Below, piece after piece: positions 26,161-33,892 of a stretch of DNA of 59,697 bases. Origin of the DNA: a bacterium (lineage in GTDB: Bacteria; Patescibacteriota; Minisyncoccia; Phycocordibacterales; UBA12079); the NCBI GenBank assembly GCA_030641525.1, contig DAOWHH010000010.1, forward strand, positions 1 through 59,697, in the 5' to 3' direction. The notes beneath the pieces were generated by a model that was not told where the DNA came from, ran no database searches, and saw only the letters and a program-made list of their open reading frames with translations. The position numbers and the translations under genes were made by a program. Positions within the stretch are counted from its first letter, which is position 1; each line of letters begins with the position of its first letter.

Positions 26161-26240
26161 AATATTATATTAGCTTATAGCTAATTAGCTTTCTAGCTAG
26201 TTAGAGGAAAAACCGCTTTGCGATTTTTCTATCCTAAATC
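26161..26240. repeat. Long intergenic hairpin element, CGCTTTGCG-core family
   Basis: Core GGAAAAACCGC-TTTG-CGATTTTTC at 26206-26229. It is flanked by TAGCT-rich short repeats and fills the whole nusB-rnc spacer. Confidence 0.8.
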
Positions 26241-27152
26241 TTAAATCTTTTTTATTATCCCAATTCCTTTTTCTATAATAGGTTTCATATCTTCATATAA
26301 TTCAATTTTTTCTATTTCAGGAAAAGAGAACCAACGAATATCATCTATACCTTTTGATTTTTTTTCTGAATCATCTTTAATGATATCTTTAAAATCACTT
26401 TCAGCCAAAAAATAAACAATTTTTTTCTTTATATGACCATCCTCAGTATTAAAAGCCACATACTCATTTTCACCTATTTGATCTTTTAAAATTATATCCA
26501 ATCCTGTTTTTCTTTTAGCTTTCTTTACTATAGATTCATCAGCACTTATACCCTCTTCTGTTTTCCCTTTTAATAATGACCAATATCCAAAAATATTATG
26601 AGTCAACATTATAACCATAGTATCATCAGGTTTTTTTGAATAAACCAATACACCTCTTAATATATGAGTAGGTAAATCTTTTGTGCTAATAGCTTTTTTA
26701 CGAGAAGCACTTGTTTCATGTTTTTGAGGTTCACCTAATTCTTTATAAATAGTTCCCATTACCCCACTAATAAATTTACCACTATTTTCACCTCCAAATG
26801 CTTTTGCTAATTCAATAGCCTCGTTGATTGCTACTTTAGGAGGGACTTCATCTCTGTTCGAAAACAAAAGTTCACTAATTCCCATTCTTAAAATATTTCT
26901 ATCAACAATAGAAATTTTTTCTATCGGCCACTGAGGAGCAGCTTTTTTAATAACATTATCTAAATCACTTTGCTTTTCTAAAACATTATCGATAATATTT
27001 TGAGCAAAGGTGGGGATATTGTCTATTTGAGCAAACTCTTTCATATTATTTGCTAAAATCTCCCCTATTTCAAACTTTTTTTTGTCATCTCTAGCATCCC
27101 ATTCAAAAAGAGTTTGTAACACTATTGATCTTAATAGATGTCTATCTAACAT
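26241..27152 (-). CDS. nusB: NusB-like antitermination factor fused to a degenerate Nudix-fold domain
   Basis: N-terminal ~140 aa is NusB-like (LRSIVLQTLFEWD...VAINEAIELAKAFG). The C-terminal ~150 aa has the Nudix topology. Its Nudix-box positions read G-KTEEG-I-SADESIV-KK-A-K-RK-T-G-L, so every catalytic Glu/Arg-Glu position is replaced. Confidence 0.75.
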   Translation of the reverse strand: MLDRHLLRSIVLQTLFEWDARDDKKKFEIGEILANNMKEFAQIDNIPTFAQNIIDNVLEKQSDLDNVIKKAAPQWPIEKISIVDRNILRMGISELLFSNRDEVPPKVAINEAIELAKAFGGENSGKFISGVMGTIYKELGEPQKHETSASRKKAISTKDLPTHILRGVLVYSKKPDDTMVIMLTHNIFGYWSLLKGKTEEGISADESIVKKAKRKTGLDIILKDQIGENEYVAFNTEDGHIKKKIVYFLAESDFKDIIKDDSEKKSKGIDDIRWFSFPEIEKIELYEDMKPIIEKGIGIIKKI

Positions 27153-27219
27153 AAAAAATGAACTCTAAATTAATAAAATATTTATTTTATTTTTGCCTAC
27201 TGGCAGGTAGGTTGAAAAA

Positions 27220-27525
27220 CTATTTTGTCTTTTTTGATAATTGTTTTGGATCTAATGCTTTAGCTTCTTTATCATCATCTTTAATTTTATTAGGATCTAG
27301 ACCTAATTCTTTCATTTTGGCTACTCTTCTCTCATTTTTCTTTGCTAATTTTGCATCCATATCAACTACTACTCTATCTTTATATGTTCCACATACTCCA
27401 CACATTCTATGTCTTAAATGTGAAGAACCACACTTTTTACAGCTTGATAATCTAGGAGCCTTCAAACCATGATGGGATCTCCTGTTTTTAGTATGCCCAC
27501 TTGTATGTCTCATTCTCACTGTCAT
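27220..27525 (-). CDS. rpmF: 50S ribosomal protein L32 with K/D-rich C-terminal extension
   Basis: HTKNRRSHHGLK and CKKCGSSHLRHRMCGVCGTY zinc-ribbon pattern. Confidence 0.9.
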   Translation of the reverse strand: MTVRMRHTSGHTKNRRSHHGLKAPRLSSCKKCGSSHLRHRMCGVCGTYKDRVVVDMDAKLAKKNERRVAKMKELGLDPNKIKDDDKEAKALDPKQLSKKTK

Positions 27526-27600
27526 AATAACCCAAATTATAAACTATTTTGATAAAAAAGCAACAAAAAAGGGGTGTATACATAGAATTACCTATATTTG

Positions 27601-27653
27601 AATCTCCGGAGGTTCAACCTCCGGAGATTCCCGGAGGTTGGACCTCCGGAGAT
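27601..27653. repeat. GC-rich compound palindrome (CCTCCGGAGG family), two units
   Basis: AATCTCCGGAGGTTCAACCTCCGGAGATT-CCCGGAGGTTGGACCTCCGGAGAT. Here it lies between divergent genes (rpmF/dnaE), so it is not in a terminator position. Confidence 0.9.
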
Positions 27654-27693
27654 AATAATTGAGATTTAGTTTTTGATATTATATACTGTGCTT

Positions 27694-30600
27694 ATGCACA
27701 AATTCTCACACCTTCACACTCATAGTCATTACAGCCTTTTAAATGCTTTGCCTAAAATAAAGGCTCTAGTTTCTTTAGCGAAAGAATACAAAATGCCTGC
27801 TTTGGCTTTAACTGATAGCGGAAATATGTATGGAACCATTGAGTTCTATAATGAATGTCTAAAACAAGAAATCAAACCTATTATAGGGGTAGATTTTTAT
27901 GTGGCTCTAAAAACTCGTCATGATAAAAGATCAGGAATAGATAATAGAAATAATCGCTTAATTCTTTTAGCTAAAAATGAAAAGGGTTACAAAAATCTTA
28001 TTCGACTTGTGACAGATTCTCATATACAAGGATTTTATTATAAAGCTCGTGTTGATAAAGAACTTTTAGAAAAATATAAAGAAGGTTTAATTTGTATAAT
28101 GCCTCATTTTAGTGGAGAAATATCTAAAGCTTTAGTGGTTAATGATTTTGAAAAAGCTAAAGAAATAGCAGATTGGTACAAAAGTATTTTCCCCAATTTC
28201 TTTTTAGAAATTACTCATCATCCAGAATTAGAAGGACAATTAGATTTAAAGAAAAAAATTATCGATTTCGCTAAAAAAGAAAATATAGAATTAATAGCAG
28301 GACAAGATGTTTATTATCTAAAACCAGAAGATAAAACAGCCAGAGATATTTTAATGTCAATTCAAGCCTCAGGAAGAAGTCCTTATAAAGATCAAAAAGA
28401 TAATTTCTCTTTCATTGATCAAAAAACAGCCAATGAATATTTTAAAGATACACCGTCAGCTTTAGAAAATATTCAAAAAATTATTGATTTATGTAATCTA
28501 GAATTAGAAATAGATTCTTGGATTTTTCCTGATATAGATATCCCCGAAGGAGAAGATTATAATACTCGTTTAAGAAAACTTACTTATAAAGGAATCGCAA
28601 AAAGAGGTCTTGAAGATACAGAAAAATTAAGAGAACGAATAGAATACGAATTAGAAATCATAAAAAACAAAGGCTATTCCTCGTATTTTTTGATAGTAGC
28701 TGACCTATTAAAATATGCAAGAAAGGCAGAAATATATACTAATACGAGAGGTTCAGCTGCTGGAAGTATTGTTTCTTATTTAAATTTTATCACAAGAATA
28801 AATCCTATAGAATTAAAGATTCCTTTTGAAAGATTTATGAATCCCCAACGTCCAGGAATCCCTGATATAGATGTTGATATTGCTGATATTAAAAGAGATG
28901 ATGTCATAAATTATTTAAGAGCAAAATATGGCAAAAAAGCCGTGGCTCAAATTGGAACTTTTGGAACCATGGCGGCTCGTGGTTCTGTGCGTGATGTGAC
29001 GCGAGCCCTAGGTCTTCCTTATGAACTTGGAGATAAAATTGCAAAATTAATCCCAATGGGTTCACAAGGTTTCCCCATGACAATTGAAAGAGCATTAGAA
29101 ATGGAAGAAGATCTAAGAAAATTACACAAAAATGACAAAGATGTCCAAGAAATTATTAAATATGCCAAACAAATTGAAGGTTGTGCTAGACATATTTCTA
29201 CTCATGCAGCAGGAGTGCTTATCTCTCCTACTCGTGTTGATGATTATACTCCTGTGCAATTAGATAAGGACGGTCAAATAATTACCCAATACGATATGTA
29301 TACAGGTGGTCGTGATGGGGTAGTTAATTTACCCAAATTTGATATTTTAGGAATTAAAAATCTCTCTATTCTTTCTAATACAGTTAAATTAGTCAAAAAA
29401 TTAAGAGGAATAGAAGTAGATTTAGATAATGTAGATTTAGAAGATAAAAAAACTTATGAAATGTTAGCTCGAGGCGAAACTTTGGGAACCTTTCAATTAA
29501 GTGGGCAAGGAATGACACAATATCTTAAGGCTCTAAAACCCAAATCTATTTGGGATATTATGGCTATGGTAGCTCTTTATCGTCCAGGACCAATGGCTTT
29601 TATTCCAGATTATATAAAAAGAAAAGAAAATCCAAGATTAATAAAATATCTTGTTCCTGAATTAAAAGATATCTTAGAGCCAACCTATGGAATTATAATC
29701 TATCAAGATGATGTGATGCTTATTGCTGTAAATCTAGCAGGTTATACTTGGGCAGAAGCCGATAAATTCAGAAAAGCTATGGGAAAGAAAATTCCAGAAA
29801 TGATGCAAGAACAAAAAGAGAAGTTTTTTAAAGGTTGTCTTGAACATGGTATAGAAGAAAAGAAAGTCCAAGAATTATGGGAAACAATTGAGACCTTTGC
29901 AGCCTATGGGTTTAATAAAGCTCATTCGGCCTCCTACGGACGAGTAGCCTACGAAACATCTTATATGAAAGCTAATTACCCTATTGAATATATGACAGCT
30001 CTTTTAATGGCTGATTCAGGTGATGCAGAAAAAGTAGCTGAAATAATATCTGAATGTAAAAAAATAGGTGTTCCTGTTCTTCCGCCAGATATAAATGAAT
30101 CTTTTGCAGATTTTACAATTATTAAGGATGAAGATAATAATGAATGTATTCGTTTTGGACTTCAAACCATAAAGAATTTTGGAGAAGGAATTGCTAATGC
30201 AATAATAACTGAAAGAAAAAACAATGGAAAATTCAAATCTCTAATAGATTTTATAGAAAGAATTAATAATAGAAATTTAAATAAAAAATCACTAGAAGCC
30301 TTGACCATGTGTGGAGCAATGGATTCTTTGGAGGAAAGAGGTCAGATTATGGGTAATATGCCAGAATTATTAAATTACAATAAAGAAAATGCCCAAAAAT
30401 CAAAAGATCAAATATCACTTTTTGGAGATGATGATACAGTATCCAAAATAACATTAGAAAAAACAGAACCAGCTTCTATGGAAGAAAAATTAGCTTGGGA
30501 AAAAGAATTATTAGGTTTATATATTTCAGGCCATCCTTTAGATAAATATAAAACCCAACTTGAAAAAGCTAAAACAAGTATTAAACAAATAAAAGCTGAA

Positions 30601-30858
30601 TTAAATGAAAATACAACCACAGTAGTCGCAGGAATAATAGAAGAATCAAAAGAAATTTTAACAAAAAAAGGAGAAAAAATGGCTTTTGTAAGGTTATCTG
30701 ATTTTAGTGACACATTAGAAGTTGTAGTTTTTCCTAAAATATTTAAAGAGTTTAATGAATTTTTAGAAACTGAAAAATGTGTACTTATCAAAGGTCGTTT
30801 ATCTAAACGACAAGGAGAAACATCTTTATTAGTAGAAAAAATCAAAGAATTAAAATAA
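27694..30858 (+). CDS. dnaE: DNA polymerase III alpha subunit
   Basis: PHP motif FSHLHTHSHYSLL, polymerase core and C-terminal OB fold. Start set at the first ATG (27694) rather than the track TTG at 27673. Confidence 0.95.
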   Translation: MHKFSHLHTHSHYSLLNALPKIKALVSLAKEYKMPALALTDSGNMYGTIEFYNECLKQEIKPIIGVDFYVALKTRHDKRSGIDNRNNRLILLAKNEKGYKNLIRLVTDSHIQGFYYKARVDKELLEKYKEGLICIMPHFSGEISKALVVNDFEKAKEIADWYKSIFPNFFLEITHHPELEGQLDLKKKIIDFAKKENIELIAGQDVYYLKPEDKTARDILMSIQASGRSPYKDQKDNFSFIDQKTANEYFKDTPSALENIQKIIDLCNLELEIDSWIFPDIDIPEGEDYNTRLRKLTYKGIAKRGLEDTEKLRERIEYELEIIKNKGYSSYFLIVADLLKYARKAEIYTNTRGSAAGSIVSYLNFITRINPIELKIPFERFMNPQRPGIPDIDVDIADIKRDDVINYLRAKYGKKAVAQIGTFGTMAARGSVRDVTRALGLPYELGDKIAKLIPMGSQGFPMTIERALEMEEDLRKLHKNDKDVQEIIKYAKQIEGCARHISTHAAGVLISPTRVDDYTPVQLDKDGQIITQYDMYTGGRDGVVNLPKFDILGIKNLSILSNTVKLVKKLRGIEVDLDNVDLEDKKTYEMLARGETLGTFQLSGQGMTQYLKALKPKSIWDIMAMVALYRPGPMAFIPDYIKRKENPRLIKYLVPELKDILEPTYGIIIYQDDVMLIAVNLAGYTWAEADKFRKAMGKKIPEMMQEQKEKFFKGCLEHGIEEKKVQELWETIETFAAYGFNKAHSASYGRVAYETSYMKANYPIEYMTALLMADSGDAEKVAEIISECKKIGVPVLPPDINESFADFTIIKDEDNNECIRFGLQTIKNFGEGIANAIITERKNNGKFKSLIDFIERINNRNLNKKSLEALTMCGAMDSLEERGQIMGNMPELLNYNKENAQKSKDQISLFGDDDTVSKITLEKTEPASMEEKLAWEKELLGLYISGHPLDKYKTQLEKAKTSIKQIKAELNENTTTVVAGIIEESKEILTKKGEKMAFVRLSDFSDTLEVVVFPKIFKEFNEFLETEKCVLIKGRLSKRQGETSLLVEKIKELK

Positions 30859-30972
30859 CCCCAAAATCAGCGAACTTCTTCGTCAGCTTCGGAAAAGTTA
30901 TTTTCACCTTATCGTCAGTAAGGCTCAAAAAACTTTTCTTCGCTTTCTCAAATTTCATCTGATTTTGGGGTT
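30857..30972. repeat. Long imperfect palindrome after dnaE
   Basis: AACCCCAAAATCAG (30857-70) and CTGATTTTGGGGTT (30959-72) flank 88 nt containing further complementary blocks (GAAAAGTT/AACTTTTC; CCTTA-TCGTCAG-TAAGG). Confidence 0.8.
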
Positions 30973-31051
30973 ATTTCATAGTTGGATAGTTCGTGGTTTA
31001 TTTTAATGTAAGAATGATATTTTATATCCTATAAAAACTCCTTTAAATAAT

Positions 31052-31093
31052 AAAACTGCACAAAAACTACGATCGTAGTTTTTGTGCAGTTTT
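31052..31093. terminator. Perfect 42-bp palindrome (bidirectional terminator candidate)
   Basis: AAAACTGCACAAAAACTACGA|TCGTAGTTTTTGTGCAGTTTT, with A/T runs on both sides. It lies between convergent transcription units. Confidence 0.7.
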
Positions 31094-31183
31094 ATAAAAT
31101 GTACATAAAATATTATCTAATAAATTTAATAGCCATTAAAATAAAAAAACTCTTAAAACTTTTTAAGTCTTAAGAGCTTATCT

Positions 31184-31414
31184 TCAGTATACATCTTCGT
31201 CTGTTTTTGGATTTTTGGACCAACCCTTCGAGGCTCCATAAATATTAAGTAATAAAAAGAAGATTATTCCCTTGATTACCCCAAGAAGACAAATTTCTTT
31301 ATGTAAAGGTTGCTCTTCTGATATTCTGTTAAAAAGAAGAAGAACCCTCACTATTATTATTAACGGAAACAAGAAAAAAATAGGTGTTGTAATTTTTTTC
31401 GTAGTTAACTTCAT
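31184..31414 (-). CDS. Small membrane protein (76 aa), paralogue of the adjacent gene
   Basis: Two TM helices. It shares the N-R-S/I-SE-Q and KKGW/SKGW motifs with the 73-aa neighbour. Confidence 0.55.
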   Translation of the reverse strand: MKLTTKKITTPIFFLFPLIIIVRVLLLFNRISEEQPLHKEICLLGVIKGIIFFLLLNIYGASKGWSKNPKTDEDVY

Positions 31415-31417
31415 TAC

Positions 31418-31639
31418 CTACTCCTGTATTTCTGTGTTATTGGTTTTTTTGAACCATCCTTTTTTAATTCCAAAAAACCAGAGGCAAAAAAAGAAAATTA
31501 ACCATATTAACATCCCCAAAACAAGTTCTTTATCCAAAGATTGTTCCGATCTATTTATAAAAGGAAAAATTAATCCTCCTATAAATATCCATGGAAAACC
31601 TAAAATAAAGCATACCAATCTCTTTTTTGTTATTTTCAA
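31418..31639 (-). CDS. Small membrane protein (73 aa), paralogue of the adjacent gene
   Basis: Same architecture as 31184..31414. The gap between them is 3 nt. Confidence 0.55.
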   Translation of the reverse strand: MKITKKRLVCFILGFPWIFIGGLIFPFINRSEQSLDKELVLGMLIWLIFFFCLWFFGIKKGWFKKTNNTEIQE

Positions 31640-31853
31640 TGTTTACCCCCCATGTTTTTATTATGTTGTTTTATGTAAAATAACTGTTTCTTGTATTGTA
31701 CAATTTATATATTTATAAAGCAATTTTTTTACTTTTACCTAAATTACTGGTATAATACAGTTAATTAAGGCTAAAACATCCAATATTTGAATTTTAACCA
31801 AAATTCAAATATTGGGTGTTCGCCTGAACATCTTTTAATAAAAGATGTTTTAG

Positions 31854-31925
31854 GGCCCCTTCGTCTAACGGCTAGGACATCACCCTCTCACGGTGGAAAT
31901 AGGAGTTCGATTCTCCTAGGGGTCA
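31854..31925 (+). tRNA. tRNA-Glu (anticodon CTC)
   Basis: GGCCCCT-TC-GTCT-AACGGCTA-GGAC-A-TCACC-CTCTCAC-GGTGG-AAAT-AGGAG-TTCGATT-CTCCT-AGGGGTC-A. 72 nt. CCA is not encoded. Confidence 0.9.
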
Positions 31926-32116
31926 CAAAAATACAAAAACAAAGCGATAGCTTTGTTTTTGTTAATTTTTGTAGATCTCTAGGGGAATCGAAAGACGGAG
32001 GCGCGAAGCCAATTTGTGAGCTTGCGAACAAATTGTAGCCGAGTCCGGGCAGGAGCCACTTGATAAAATATGAGTGAGTTTACGAACGAAATATTTTATC
32101 TTAGTGAGCTGACGCC

Positions 32117-32137
32117 ATTCTCCTAGGGGTCACAAAA
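32117..32137 (+). repeat. Exact 21-bp duplicate of the tRNA-Glu 3' end
   Basis: ATTCTCCTAGGGGTCACAAAA at 31910-31930 and again at 32117-32137. A degenerate third copy (TCTCTAGGGGA) lies at 31976-31986. Confidence 0.9.
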
Positions 32138-32260
32138 CGTTAAGAAAAAGTAAACTACTTTACTTTTTTAGTTTTGTGAAGGCGCAGGCATATTTTTACG
32201 ACCCATTAGGGAGTAAAAAAGCCGAGCCGAGGTCACGAACACTTATGACTTAATGATTAT

Positions 32261-33892
32261 TCATTTTCTCTTTCCTCTAACAAAACTCAAAATCTCCCCC
32301 ACTTCCCTATTCTTCATAAGCACAAGAATAAAAATCAAAATAATAGATCCTCCCAACCCTGCAAATAAACTTTGAAGAAAGACTCCACTAAATGTATTCA
32401 CATTAAGAAAATTAGCAAAAAACCCCAGTATAAAATATGTAACGATTCCTATAATAACAGAAGCAATTAAAACTTGAAAAAAAGACCTTCCTAAATCTTT
32501 TAAAGAATAGCCAAAATCTTTCTTAAATAAAAATAATAATAAAGAAATGTTTATTATCATTCCTAATGAATAACTTAATGGTAATATTAAAATATTTAAA
32601 TTATCAATATTATTTACATTTAAAATGCCTCCTAAATTTTCTTGAAAAAAAGAATTAATCACAAAAAGTTTTTTGAATAACAAAACAAAAATCACAATAC
32701 TAGCAGAAGACATAATATTTATTATCACAGGTCTTTTGGTTATGCCCATAGCATAATACCCTCTAGTAAAAAATAAGATTAAACTTTGTGCAGTCATAGA
32801 TATAGCAAAAATAGCTATACAAGCTGCTGTTAATCTAATATCTTCCAAACCAAATTTTCCCGACCCCAAAACAATTTTTACTATCTGGTCTCTTAATACT
32901 ATAAAGAAAACAGAAACAATAATTGTCCAGAAAATTATATATCTAGCAGTAATTGTTATTTGTTTTAAAAAATCTTCTTTTTGATGAATGGTAAATTTAG
33001 AAAGAGTAGAAAAAGATGCTATTGAATAACTTATCCCTATAATATTCAAAGGCACCATCTGTAGTCCTAAAGCAAAATTAAAAATAGTAATAGAACCTTC
33101 TTTCATTAATGAAGCCATTGATATTAATATCAAAATAACTAAAGATCCTGAAGAAAGAGCTAGAGTTCTTGGTAAGGATAAAGCAATTATCTTTTTGATT
33201 TTATGAAAATGAAAAACAAAGTCTGGTCTAGGGATAAATCCTAATTTATATATACTTGGAAATTGGATTAATAAATGAAGAAGAGCTCCTAAAATAACAC
33301 CAAAAGCCAATCCTTTAATCCCCCACAATGGATAAAAAGCTATAATACCCATTATTATTCCTAAATTATATAAAATTGGGCTAAGAGCATAGACAAAAAA
33401 CTTTTTTTGAACTTGTATAATACTTGTAAAAAAGTTAGAAAAACCCAATAAGATTGGTGATAAAAGCATTATTCTTGTTAATAAAATAACCTTCTCAAGA
33501 GACTCCACTGAAAAACCTTTAAAGATAAGTGGTGTTAATTTAGGAGTTACAAAGAATATTAGCAAACTAACAGACATAATAACAAGAAAAAAGAATGAAA
33601 AGATTTCATTCATAAATTCCTTACTATCTTGTTCATTCTTTTCCTTAGCTAAGAATGGAATCAAGACAGATATAGATACCATAGAGGCTACAGAGATAAA
33701 TATAAAATCAGGTATTCTAAAAGAAGCATAATAAATATCCAAGATTTCTCCTGCCCCGAATGAGTGAGCAAGTAGCCTATCTCTTAATAAAGCAAGAAGT
33801 AACGAAAGAAAAGATGATATTCCAAGAATATAAGCTGCTTTATGAAGCCCATCTATATCTTTATGTAGTAAATTAAAAAAGTTTTTAATCAT
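32261..33892 (-). CDS. murJ: Lipid II flippase MurJ/MviN
   Basis: 543 aa with ~14 TM helices. The N-terminal LLALLRDRLLAHSFGAG..LDIYYASFRIPDF matches the MurJ signature. Confidence 0.85.
   Translation of the reverse strand: MIKNFFNLLHKDIDGLHKAAYILGISSFLSLLLALLRDRLLAHSFGAGEILDIYYASFRIPDFIFISVASMVSISVLIPFLAKEKNEQDSKEFMNEIFSFFFLVIMSVSLLIFFVTPKLTPLIFKGFSVESLEKVILLTRIMLLSPILLGFSNFFTSIIQVQKKFFVYALSPILYNLGIIMGIIAFYPLWGIKGLAFGVILGALLHLLIQFPSIYKLGFIPRPDFVFHFHKIKKIIALSLPRTLALSSGSLVILILISMASLMKEGSITIFNFALGLQMVPLNIIGISYSIASFSTLSKFTIHQKEDFLKQITITARYIIFWTIIVSVFFIVLRDQIVKIVLGSGKFGLEDIRLTAACIAIFAISMTAQSLILFFTRGYYAMGITKRPVIINIMSSASIVIFVLLFKKLFVINSFFQENLGGILNVNNIDNLNILILPLSYSLGMIINISLLLFLFKKDFGYSLKDLGRSFFQVLIASVIIGIVTYFILGFFANFLNVNTFSGVFLQSLFAGLGGSIILIFILVLMKNREVGEILSFVRGKRK

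Noticed and set aside
27158-27472. 104-aa plus-strand ORF opposite rpmF. Similar antisense ORFs occur inside dnaE (28904-29095, 30408-30845), alaS (46919-47167, 48648-48848), mreB (52139-52399) and the ATPase gene (42970-43155).
   Set aside because: They are shadow ORFs within genes that carry strong family signatures on the other strand.
31976-32137. tmRNA, or a second or split tRNA, downstream of tRNA-Glu.
   Set aside because: The duplicated 3' segment lacks the 5' half of a T-arm. No complementary 5' acceptor strand (GGCCCCT or GACCCCT) is present, and there is no tag-like reading frame or CCA context. Treated as an att-like duplication instead.
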